Positions 1 to 8,456 of a stretch of DNA of 64,000 nucleotides are shown one piece after another; positions within the stretch are counted from its first letter, which is position 1; each line of letters begins with the position of its first letter. Under the pieces are notes generated by a model. It was not told where the DNA came from. It saw nothing but the letters and a program-made list of their open reading frames with translations, and made no database searches. The stretch covers positions 74,643 to 138,642 of the forward strand of contig JASGMJ010000009.1 of the NCBI GenBank assembly GCA_030156535.1, read 5' to 3'. The DNA comes from Candidatus Sumerlaeota bacterium. GTDB taxonomy: Bacteria; Sumerlaeota; Sumerlaeia; SLMS01; JAHLLQ01. The position numbers were made by a program, and so were the translations under genes.

Positions 1-237
1 GAGGCCCAGGCCGCCCCTCTCGCTTCCACGCCGGATGCTCTTGATGCAGCCGCCCTTCTGGCCTGGCGCCGCCACGCCACCGAGCCCTTCGCCCTTCTTC
101 CCCCCTCCGGACGTGTCCCTGTCGCCCGGCGTTTTGGGGCCACCTACCTGATCCACCCCACGCCCGCCGGGACGCCGCCTTTCCCTCCCGTCTTCCAGAA
201 CGCCGCGTACACCGTTCTCGCCGTTCCCTCTCCCTGA
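1..237 (+). CDS. 3' end of a hypothetical protein (partial, runs off window start)
   Basis: Frame 1 is open from base 1 to TGA at 235-237 (...ARRFGATYLIHP...PVFQNAAYTVLAVPSP*); codon usage resembles neighbouring genes. Confidence 0.55.
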   Translation, partial: EAQAAPLASTPDALDAAALLAWRRHATEPFALLPPSGRVPVARRFGATYLIHPTPAGTPPFPPVFQNAAYTVLAVPSP

Positions 238-375
238 TTTTTCCGGAAGTGCGATCAATGCGCGTTCGGATTAACCTCACACTTGCGCCGAGCGCCGGAA
301 TCGGCCACGCTCTTTCCGTTGCCGTTGCCCGGCGATGATTCCCCTGCCGTATGCGCTCAGGAGGCGCCCCCGACC

Positions 376-1473
376 ATGATGGACATGAATGACATGCTCA
401 AGATCATGGTGGAGCGTGAGGGCTCCGACCTCCACCTCGCCGTGGGCAAGAACCCGGTCATGCGTAATTCGGGCATTCTTGAGGTCATCGACCCCGACGT
501 CCTCGTCCCCGACGACACCGATCGCCTGATGCGCGAGATCACGCCCCCGCGCTACCAGCAGATGCTCCAGGAACACGGTTCGGCCGACTTCGCCTACGCC
601 TACTCCGAGCAGGCCCGTTTCCGTGTCGCTGTCCTCAAGGCACGTGGCAACATCTCCATCGTCATGCGCCTCATCCCCTCCAAGCTTATCCCCTTTGAAG
701 TCCTCGGCCTCCCCAAGGCGTCCATCACCGAACTCCTGCACGCCCACCGCGGTCTCTGCATCATCACCGGCCCCACGGGCTCCGGCAAGACCACGACGCT
801 GGCCACGATGATCGACTACATCAACACCAACCGCTACGCGCACATCATCACGATCGAAGACCCCATCGAATACACGCACCCGCACAAGAAATCACTCGTC
901 ACCCAGCGAGAGGTCCACGTCGACACCCCGTCATTCGCCTACGCCTTGCGCGGCGCCCTGCGCCAGGACCCGGACGTCATTCTCGTCGGCGAAATGCGCG
1001 ACCTTGAAACCATGGAAGCCGCCCTGACCGCCGCGGAAACGGGCCACTTGGTGTTCGGAACCCTGCATACCATCAGTGCTTCCGCCACCATCGACCGTAT
1101 CATCGACGCTTTCCCCGCCAACCAGCAGGAGCAGATTCGCTCCGTCCTCTCCGTGGCTCTCAAGACGATCATCGCCCAGACGCTGCTGCCCCACATCTCC
1201 GGCAAGGGCCGTCTCGCCGCCTACGAAATCCTGCACTGCATTCCCGCCGTCGCCAACCTCATCCGCGAGGCCAAGACCAACCGCATCATCTCCACCATCC
1301 AGACCTCCATGAAGCAGGGCATGGTGACGATGGACGACTTCCTCTTCAAGCTCGTCTCCGAGAAGAAGATCAGCGGCGAAATCGCCCTCGAACGCGCCCA
1401 CTTCCCAGACGAACTCCGCGTCAAGATGATGGCCATCCAGGAACCGGAAGAAGAGGAAGAGCCGGTGATCTGA
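376..1473 (+). CDS. pilT: Type IV pilus retraction ATPase PilT/PilU family
   Basis: SDLHL, Walker A GPTGSGKTT, TIEDPIE, LRQDPDVILVGEMRD, AETGHLVFGTLHT, AVANLIRE; RBS CAGGAGG upstream of ATG 376. Confidence 0.93.
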   Translation: MMDMNDMLKIMVEREGSDLHLAVGKNPVMRNSGILEVIDPDVLVPDDTDRLMREITPPRYQQMLQEHGSADFAYAYSEQARFRVAVLKARGNISIVMRLIPSKLIPFEVLGLPKASITELLHAHRGLCIITGPTGSGKTTTLATMIDYINTNRYAHIITIEDPIEYTHPHKKSLVTQREVHVDTPSFAYALRGALRQDPDVILVGEMRDLETMEAALTAAETGHLVFGTLHTISASATIDRIIDAFPANQQEQIRSVLSVALKTIIAQTLLPHISGKGRLAAYEILHCIPAVANLIREAKTNRIISTIQTSMKQGMVTMDDFLFKLVSEKKISGEIALERAHFPDELRVKMMAIQEPEEEEEPVI

Positions 1474-1522
1474 GAGCTCTGTCCATTGACGGCCGGCCCA
1501 TGATCTCCTCTCCCGCTTCCCC

Positions 1523-3019
1523 ATGACGCATTGGAGTACCATCTCTCAGGTTCGCGCGGCGTTCAACTCCGCAAGGATGGACGACGTCGCCCATTACCTC
1601 GCGGCTGCTGTCTACTGCCTCGCGCCGGAGCCGAGGGCGAACGCGCAAAAGGGCGTGACTTTCGAGCACCGGGTTGGCGTACGCTCCGTGCGTGCCTCCC
1701 ACCCCGACGAGGGAGTCTGGGCGGCACGCATCGAGGAACCGGCCTGGCGTATCGAGATCGTCTGTCTCACTACCGACGAAGAAGGGCAGTTGCTGCTGCG
1801 CATACAGGTGCGCGGCATCGTCGGAGAAGACCTTCAGCACATACTCCTCTTCTTGCGCCGGCGACTTGCATCGCTCTCAGCCGAAGTTACGCCCCTGCGG
1901 CTGGCAGGCGGAGTCCTCGGAGTTCCCGTGCACGTCACCGACACAGCCGGTGTCGAGTCGCTCGAGAAGTTCCTCCTCTCATCCTTGCGCTCTCTTCCCG
2001 TCCTCCTCATCTCCGAGACCGACCCGTACCGGCGCGGCATTGAAGTCGGTCACCCGCGCTTCTTTCTCGATCCGTTGGCCACGGCATCCGACTATTCGGA
2101 TGCCTTTCATGTGTTTACCATCGACTACGATCTTGCCTATGAGTTGACCGACCGCCTGACCAAGCAGTGGTCCTGTTTCCTCGGCGCCATCCGCTTCTAC
2201 CTGCCGCAACTCGACATTGTCAGGGACGACCCTTGGAATCACCCTCTCTACCTGCCTGAGAGAATCACCCCCCAGTTGCTGGAAGAGCAGGCGCGCCGTG
2301 CCCGCAAGGCCACTTCCAACTGGCCTGATGCCGATTTCTGGCTGACCGATTTCATCGAGCAGCCTTCCCAGAGCCGAACACACCACACACCACTGCCGAT
2401 CCGCGCCGAAGAACCCCCTCAAGAGCAGCCCGCGCCCGCGCCTCCCGGTGATGCCCAAGCCTTCGACCTGCGCCTTGTCCGCCTCGAAGCCGAGATTGAA
2501 CGCCTTCAGGCCATCATCCGGCGTCTGGAGGAACACGTGGGCTCCAACCTGAATAGCGTAACGATCCCGGACTCCCTTGCGGCACTCCCGGACTGGTTGG
2601 CAGAGAACTATGCCGGCAAGGTCGTCCTTGCTTCGCGAGCTCGGCGCGGTGCCCGCGACTCCACATACAAGGACCCCCCTCTCGTCTACCGTTGCATTCA
2701 GTTCCTCGCCACCACCTACCGCGACGCACGCCTCGCCGAGGATTCGATGAAGGAGGAGTTCGACGAGGAACTCGCCAAACTGGGCGTGCAACTCACGAGG
2801 TCCATCAATCCTTCACGCGCCGGCGAGCAGCAGGATGACTATTTCGTCCAATGGCCCCCGGACAGCAGGGGGCGCAGGTGCTTTCTTGAATGGCACTTGA
2901 AGAAAGGTGATAATCGCTCGGAGGCCAACTGTCTGCGAATCTACTTCTTCTGGGACAACCAGCGCCAACAGGTCGTTATCGGTTGGCTGACGTCCCACCT
3001 CGACATTCGCAGCACCTGA
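1523..3019 (+). CDS. Hypothetical protein: N-terminal domain, Pro linker, coiled coil, C-terminal RelE/ParE-like domain
   Basis: 498-aa ORF; coiled coil LRLVRLEAEIERLQAIIRRLEE; C-terminus WHLKKG...LRIYFFWD...VVIGWLTSHL. Confidence 0.75.
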   Translation: MTHWSTISQVRAAFNSARMDDVAHYLAAAVYCLAPEPRANAQKGVTFEHRVGVRSVRASHPDEGVWAARIEEPAWRIEIVCLTTDEEGQLLLRIQVRGIVGEDLQHILLFLRRRLASLSAEVTPLRLAGGVLGVPVHVTDTAGVESLEKFLLSSLRSLPVLLISETDPYRRGIEVGHPRFFLDPLATASDYSDAFHVFTIDYDLAYELTDRLTKQWSCFLGAIRFYLPQLDIVRDDPWNHPLYLPERITPQLLEEQARRARKATSNWPDADFWLTDFIEQPSQSRTHHTPLPIRAEEPPQEQPAPAPPGDAQAFDLRLVRLEAEIERLQAIIRRLEEHVGSNLNSVTIPDSLAALPDWLAENYAGKVVLASRARRGARDSTYKDPPLVYRCIQFLATTYRDARLAEDSMKEEFDEELAKLGVQLTRSINPSRAGEQQDDYFVQWPPDSRGRRCFLEWHLKKGDNRSEANCLRIYFFWDNQRQQVVIGWLTSHLDIRST

Positions 3020-3027
3020 AGCGCGAT

Positions 3028-3942
3028 TCAGATTCGCATCCGCCGCGCCATTCGTGGAACCTCGCGTCCCTCGTAGCCTGCAAGGAACGCGGCGCCGATG
3101 CGCGCGTACCATTCACGGGGGCCGTCTGTTCTGCCCAACAAACTCCGCCACCACATGCCTCTCATCGCCTCGCCCACGGCTTTGCGGTACTCGTCCAGAA
3201 TGCGCCCCTCAAGTTCCGGGTACAACTCCACGAACCGCCGTGCGCTCCGCCCGCGCATCACCGATTTGGCAAGGTACTGATCCGGCTCGAAGAAGTGATG
3301 GTGGTACACGATTGCCTCCGGCGCGAAGGCGATCCGCAACCCTTCCTTCTTCCACAAGCGGTACACATGCTCGGTGTCCTCGAAAGCGGGATCAGGGAAG
3401 GATTCGTCGTACCAGTGCCCGTTGTCGAACCAGCATCGGTCCATCGAAGCATTCAGGGTGTGGAAAAACTCCCAACTGATGTCCGAGTGATCGCCGAGCA
3501 GGTAATGCACATGGTCGTGGTGCGCGCACCAGTGCATGAAATCCGTCCGAATCACTTCGGGGTGCCAGCGCGTATTGCCCATCACGGCGTGTCCCGGCCG
3601 GCGGCGATGGGCGGCGTCGTGAGCCGCCAGCAATCCCGGCTCGGTCACCACGTCATCGTTGAGAAACAGCAGCACCTCGCCCCGGGCCTCGCGCGCCGCG
3701 CGGTTGCGTGCCGCAGCCGGGCCGGCCTTCTCCTGCTCGATCCAACGCAACGGCCACGGCCCCGTGTACGATGAGCACGCCTCGGCCATCGACGCAGGAC
3801 CGCCGTCACAGAGCACCAAAACCTCCGCCTCCCCCGTGTATCCGTCCTTCGACAGCGAGGCCAGACACGCCTCCAGCCGCTCCCGGCGGTCATACACCGG
3901 GATCACCACTGTCATGCGGATCCGATTTTGCTCTCCGTTCAC
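3028..3942 (-). CDS. Glycosyltransferase family 2
   Basis: VVIPVYDR, LCDGG, GPAAARNRAA, LLFLNDD, FEDTE motifs. Confidence 0.88.
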   Translation of the reverse strand: MNGEQNRIRMTVVIPVYDRRERLEACLASLSKDGYTGEAEVLVLCDGGPASMAEACSSYTGPWPLRWIEQEKAGPAAARNRAAREARGEVLLFLNDDVVTEPGLLAAHDAAHRRRPGHAVMGNTRWHPEVIRTDFMHWCAHHDHVHYLLGDHSDISWEFFHTLNASMDRCWFDNGHWYDESFPDPAFEDTEHVYRLWKKEGLRIAFAPEAIVYHHHFFEPDQYLAKSVMRGRSARRFVELYPELEGRILDEYRKAVGEAMRGMWWRSLLGRTDGPREWYARIGAAFLAGYEGREVPRMARRMRI

Positions 3943-4029
3943 CTTGCGGCCGAGCCTCCCCTGCGCATCAGTTTTGCAGCGTCCGATTCCGCCCTGAGGC
4001 GGTCAACCACACATCCCCGGGACTTCTTC

Positions 4030-4971
4030 ATGGAAATTCTCTACATCGATCCTTTTGCCGGTGTCTCCGGCGACATGTTCCTCGGTGCTCTTGTCGATCT
4101 CGGCGTCGATTTCGACGACCTTCGCGAGGCGCTGCGTTCGCTCGACGTCAAGGGCTTCGATCTTCGCCTCACCGAAACAAAACGCCACCAGATCGCGGCG
4201 ACCAAAATCGACGTCATCGTCGAGGACATGCCTCATCCCCATCGCCATCTGAACGACCTGCTTGCCATTGTCGAAAAGGCCCCTCTTTCCGACATCGTCA
4301 AGGAACTCTCCTGCGCGGCCCTTGCCCGCCTGGCCGTCGCCGAAGCCCGCGCACACGACATGCCCATCGACCAGGTCCACCTCCACGAAGTCGGCGGGCT
4401 CGACTGCCTCGTTGACATCGTCGGCACCATTCTCGGCGTGGAATCCCTCGGCGTCCAGCGCATCTATTCCGCTCCCGTCGCCGTCGGCTCCGGCACGGTA
4501 CGCTGCTCTCATGGCGTCATGCCAGTACCCGCCCCCGGGACGCTGGCCATTCTGGAAAACTTCCCCGTTCGCCGTACCCAGATTCCCTACGAGATGACGA
4601 CCCCCACCGGAGCCGCTTTGATCGCCACGCTCGCCGATCCCATCGACGGGTCCGTGGTCCTCACTCCCCGCAACATCGGACACGGTGCCGGCACACGCGA
4701 CTCGCCCGAAATCGCCAACTTCCTGCGTCTCATTCATGCCACTGCCGATCCCCGTCACCTCCCCGGCTACGAATACGACGAGGAGCACGATCATGACCAT
4801 GAGCACGGCGAGTGCTGCGGCGGTCACGGCCACTGCCATGATCATGAACACGATCACGAGCACGAACACGATCATGAGCACAGCCACGAGCACGAGCACG
4901 GTGGCTGCTGTGGCGGACACGGACACTGCCACGAGCATGACGACGAACACGAGCACCCTCACAGCCACTGA
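4030..4971 (+). CDS. larC: LarC-family nickel insertion protein (N-terminal domain only) with His/Cys-rich tail
   Basis: YIDPFAGVSGDMFLGAL, HLHEVGGLDCLVDIVG, CSHGVMPVPAPGT, EMTTPTGAAL, GHGAG, ANFLR; then a ~65-aa H/E/D/C tail. Confidence 0.85.
   Translation: MEILYIDPFAGVSGDMFLGALVDLGVDFDDLREALRSLDVKGFDLRLTETKRHQIAATKIDVIVEDMPHPHRHLNDLLAIVEKAPLSDIVKELSCAALARLAVAEARAHDMPIDQVHLHEVGGLDCLVDIVGTILGVESLGVQRIYSAPVAVGSGTVRCSHGVMPVPAPGTLAILENFPVRRTQIPYEMTTPTGAALIATLADPIDGSVVLTPRNIGHGAGTRDSPEIANFLRLIHATADPRHLPGYEYDEEHDHDHEHGECCGGHGHCHDHEHDHEHEHDHEHSHEHEHGGCCGGHGHCHEHDDEHEHPHSH
4783..4968 (+). repeat. Low-complexity His-Glu/His-Asp coding repeat containing two copies of HEHG(E/G)CCGGHGHCH(D/E)H
   Basis: cacga(g/t)/catga hexamer units; two related blocks gagcacggcgagtgctgcggcggtcacggccactgccat and gagcacggtggctgctgtggcggacacggacactgccac. 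Confidence 0.9.
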
Positions 4972-4992
4972 GGCGTCAACTTCCCATTAACG

Positions 4993-5026
4993 AAATCGGC
5001 CCCCGCATTGTGCAGGGGCCGATTTT
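4993..5026. terminator. Probable bidirectional intrinsic terminator between convergent larC and sucC
   Basis: aaatcggcccc-cgcattgtgca-ggggccgattt(t): 11-bp inverted repeat with A/T ends. Confidence 0.8.
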
Positions 5027-5044
5027 CTTGTATGTCCGCCGCAC

Positions 5045-6196
5045 TTAGGCTGAAGCGCGTTCCTTGCTGATCTTCACCGCCATCTGGGCGCCTTCTTCCA
5101 TGTTCTTCGCCAAATGAACCGGCGCGTTCTCCAGCAGCTTCTTCGCCTGCTCCTCGTTTGTTCCGCTCAGGCGGATCACGATCGGATAGTCGAATCCGGG
5201 AAGGCTTTCCAACGCGGACAGAATGCCCGATGCCACCATGTCACAGCGCACGATGCCGCCGAAGACGTTGAAGAAGATCGTATTCACCGTCTTGTCCGAC
5301 GTGATCAGCTTCAACGCGTCGGCCACCTGGCTCGCCTTCGCGCCGCCGCCGATGTCCAGGAAGTTCGCGGGGCGTCCGCCAAAGTGCTTCACCACGTCCA
5401 TTGTGCACATTGCCAGACCGGCGCCATTGACGATGCAGCCGATCTCGCCGTCGAGCTTCACGTAATTCAGTTTCTTTTCGCGCGCCTCGACTTCCAGTGG
5501 CTCATCCTCGCCATCGTCGCGCAGTGCCTCAATCTCCTGATGCCACGGCAGCGCATTGTCGTCGAAATTCATCTTCGCATCGCAGGCGATGACGTGCCCG
5601 GATCCCGTGAGGACGAGCGGGTTGATTTCCGCAAGCGAGCAGTCCTTGTCCAGGAACGCCTGCACAAGGCCCTTGAGCACTGCCGCGAACGGCTTGCGCG
5701 CATCGGCGGGAATCTCCAGAAACTCGGCGACGACGTTGCAATGATAGCCGCGCAATCCGATCGTCGGCGGCACCTTCAGCTTCAGGATCTTCTCCGGTGT
5801 TTCCTTTGCGACTTCCTCGATTTCGACGCCACCCTCGCGCGAGGCCATGATCACCGGCCCCTTGCTGGCACGGTCCAGGATGATGCCGAGGTAGATTTCC
5901 GTTTTGATGTCGATACCCGGCTCCACGAGGAGCTGGCGTACCTTGATTCCCTTGATTACGAGTCCCAGGATCGTTTCGGCTGCGCTCTTCACCTCGTCGA
6001 TCGACTTGGCCAGCTTCACTCCTCCGGCCTTGCCGCGGCCTCCGGCGTGTACCTGCGCCTTCACCACAACGGGCCAGCTTCCGATGTCCTCTGCGGCCTG
6101 CACCGCTTCCTGAACACTGCGCGCCACGTGCCCCTTGGGGGTTGGTACGTTGTACTCGTCGAGAATCAACTTTGCCTGGTATTCATGAATCTTCAT
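5045..6196 (-). CDS. sucC: Succinyl-CoA ligase [ADP-forming] beta subunit
   Basis: MKIHEYQAK, KAQVHAGGRGKAGGVK, EINPL, NGAGLAM, PANFLDIGGGA, FGGIVRCD. Confidence 0.96.
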   Translation of the reverse strand: MKIHEYQAKLILDEYNVPTPKGHVARSVQEAVQAAEDIGSWPVVVKAQVHAGGRGKAGGVKLAKSIDEVKSAAETILGLVIKGIKVRQLLVEPGIDIKTEIYLGIILDRASKGPVIMASREGGVEIEEVAKETPEKILKLKVPPTIGLRGYHCNVVAEFLEIPADARKPFAAVLKGLVQAFLDKDCSLAEINPLVLTGSGHVIACDAKMNFDDNALPWHQEIEALRDDGEDEPLEVEAREKKLNYVKLDGEIGCIVNGAGLAMCTMDVVKHFGGRPANFLDIGGGAKASQVADALKLITSDKTVNTIFFNVFGGIVRCDMVASGILSALESLPGFDYPIVIRLSGTNEEQAKKLLENAPVHLAKNMEEGAQMAVKISKERASA

Positions 6197-6240
6197 CTGT
6201 TCCGGCTTTCTTTCATGGTGGTCATGCGTCGAGCGGCATC

Positions 6241-6271
6241 AGCATAACGGATCCCCCAAAGGCGGTGTCAA
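6241..6271 (-). promoter_or_regulatory. Possible sigma70-type promoter for sucC
   Basis: Minus strand TTGACA-N19-TATGCT about 45 bp upstream of the ATG; spacer is longer than optimal. Confidence 0.35.
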
Positions 6272-6392
6272 TCCTGTGGAGGAGTTCGCCGCTTGACTTC
6301 TTGTTCAAATCGAGTCCGCCCCGGGCACGCAAAGGGCACGCTCCTCACGCATTCCGAAGCAGCTACGGGCCAAGGCGGACTCGCAACCTTGC

Positions 6393-7235
6393 CTACTTCT
6401 CCCAGTCCTTGTGCCACAGCAGCGGGTTCAGCGGGCCGTCTGCCACCGAGCCCGGCGCCTTTCCATCCAGGAAGACCTTCAGGTCTGCCGGCTGGTGCTG
6501 GTTGCGGGGCTCGTGAACCTTGGTGCCATCCGCGAAGTAGATGATCGTCATTGCCGCCCGCATCCGGTTCGTTGCGTTCCCGGGTGCCTTGTGCAGCGTC
6601 CAGCCACTATGGAACGTTGCGTCCCCGGCCCGCATTTCATTGATCGCCAGAGGGTACTCCTTCTCCATCACCGTACGGTTGAAGAAGGCTTCCGCCTCGT
6701 CGGAAATGTGAATCGAAGCCAGTGGGCCGTCGATATGCGACCCCGTGGCAAAGACCAGCGTGCCCAACTCCAGCGGCGCATGTACCAGCGGCATCCACAT
6801 CGTGATCGTCTTCGTCGTATCCAGCGGCCAGTAGTATTGATCCTGGTGCCAGGGCGTGTGTCCGCCGCCGGGTTCCTTGAAGAGTGCCTGGTCGTGGTAC
6901 ATCCGCACGCCGTCCACGTCCATCAGCTTGGCGGCGATCTTCGCGAAGCGCTTGGCGAGGGAGAACTTCTTCACCTCCGCGTCCTTTTCCCACAGGTTGC
7001 CCGTCTGCAGGAATGCCTTGTGGTACGTGTCGCGGTCCTTCAGTGCCTTGGTTTCCTTGTTGTGACGCGCCGACACGTCCGCGATGACCTGACGCGCAGT
7101 TTCTGCCTCTTCCGGGGTGATGACTCCCCGCAGCAGGATATGTCCCTCGTTGAGATACTTGCGCGTCTGATCCGGACGGACCCCATAATCTGCCGTGAAC
7201 TCCGGCATCACCAACTTCTGTTCCTTGGCCTGCAT
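6393..7235 (-). CDS. Phytanoyl-CoA dioxygenase (PhyH) family Fe(II)/2OG oxygenase
   Basis: HDQALFKEPGG, WHQD (HxD), TMWMPL, FHSGWTLHKAPGN...R. Confidence 0.88.
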   Translation of the reverse strand: MQAKEQKLVMPEFTADYGVRPDQTRKYLNEGHILLRGVITPEEAETARQVIADVSARHNKETKALKDRDTYHKAFLQTGNLWEKDAEVKKFSLAKRFAKIAAKLMDVDGVRMYHDQALFKEPGGGHTPWHQDQYYWPLDTTKTITMWMPLVHAPLELGTLVFATGSHIDGPLASIHISDEAEAFFNRTVMEKEYPLAINEMRAGDATFHSGWTLHKAPGNATNRMRAAMTIIYFADGTKVHEPRNQHQPADLKVFLDGKAPGSVADGPLNPLLWHKDWEK

Positions 7236-7356
7236 GAATCAGGACTCCTCGGGTACAATCAGTCTCTCCCGATATCACCCTCGTCCATGAAATGTAACCG
7301 CTTACGGATCCTCCGTTCAATGGAAATCAACTGCGACCGGAGAACGGCTTGCCGGA

Positions 7357-8445
7357 CTACTCCAGCGCCCCGGCGGGCAGCGACTTGCCTTGCATGTAGG
7401 AGAGGAACCGGTGCTTGTCCAGCGCCTTCATGTACGCCTCTTCGGCCGTGATGACGCCTTCGCGCAGGTAGCCCTCGATCGCGTCGTCCATCAGCTGCAT
7501 GCCCTGCGCGCGGCCCGACATGATGACCTGCGCGATCTGGTTGGTCTTTCCCTCGCGGATGTAGTTCGAGATCGCGCGGTTCTGGATCATGATTTCGTTG
7601 GCCGCACGGCGTCCCTTGCCGTCCGCCGTCTTCAGCAACAGCTGGGCGCACACGGCCTTCAGGGAAACCGAGAGCATCGCCCGGATTGCAGGCTGCTGGT
7701 CGGAGGGAAAAACGTCGATGATGCGGTCGACTGTCTTGATCGCGCTGTTCGTGTGCAGCGTTCCGAAAACCAGCACGCCCATCTCTGCCGCCGTCACGGC
7801 CAGGCTGATCGTTTCCAGGTCGCGCATTTCGCCCACGAGCACCACGTCGAAGTCCTGGCGCGTCGATGACTTCAGGCCGTCGCTGAACGAATGGCAGTCG
7901 ATATGGACTTCGCGCTGCACGATGGTCGACTTCTTGTGCGGATGCACGAACTCGATCGGCTCCTCGATCGTCAGGATGTGCCGCGCGTAGTTCGAGTTGA
8001 TGTGATCGATCACCGCGGCCAGCGTCGTTGACTTGCCGCTGCCCGTGGGGCCCGTGACGAGCACCATGCCCGAGACGAATTCCGCGAACGTCTCCAGCAC
8101 CTCGGGGACCTTCAGTTGTTCGAGCGTCAGGATCTTCGAAGGAATCGTGCGGAAGACCGCTCCATACCCCGTGTACTGCTTGTTGAAGTTGCAGCGGAAC
8201 CGCGCCTTGTTCTCGTACTGATAGGCGAAGTCCATGTCGCCACATTCCTCGAACTTCGCGAACCGCTTTTCGTCGCAGATCTCCGCCATCATGGCGCGAA
8301 TCTGTTCACTTTCAAGCGGCGCCCATCCCTGCACCGGCACGACCTTGCCATGCAGGCGCAGGCGCGGAGGATTACCCTCCGCGATGTGCAGGTCGGATGC
8401 ACCGGAATCGAGCATTTCCTGAAAAAGTACGTCGATCGCTGCCAT
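7357..8445 (-). CDS. pilT: PilT/PilU family ATPase (second paralog)
   Basis: ASDLHI, GPTGSGKSTT, TIEEPIE, LVGEMRD, GTLHTNSA, AISNYIREGK; start re-picked at MAAID. Confidence 0.92.
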   Translation of the reverse strand: MAAIDVLFQEMLDSGASDLHIAEGNPPRLRLHGKVVPVQGWAPLESEQIRAMMAEICDEKRFAKFEECGDMDFAYQYENKARFRCNFNKQYTGYGAVFRTIPSKILTLEQLKVPEVLETFAEFVSGMVLVTGPTGSGKSTTLAAVIDHINSNYARHILTIEEPIEFVHPHKKSTIVQREVHIDCHSFSDGLKSSTRQDFDVVLVGEMRDLETISLAVTAAEMGVLVFGTLHTNSAIKTVDRIIDVFPSDQQPAIRAMLSVSLKAVCAQLLLKTADGKGRRAANEIMIQNRAISNYIREGKTNQIAQVIMSGRAQGMQLMDDAIEGYLREGVITAEEAYMKALDKHRFLSYMQGKSLPAGALE

Positions 8446-8456
8446 TTGAGCGCGCC

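Noticed and set aside
272-282. 11-mer TAACCTCACAC shared with 50616-50626
   Set aside because: One shared 11-mer among several kb of intergenic DNA is expected by chance; at most a shared -10 element
4783-4968. CRISPR-like or VNTR appearance of the repeat
   Set aside because: It is an in-frame low-complexity His-rich coding sequence with no constant repeat/unique spacer structure
4740-5044. Programmed frameshift into a LarC2 domain, as in Lactiplantibacillus larC
   Set aside because: Only His-repeat DNA, a terminator and sucC follow; there is no room or motif for LarC2 in any frame
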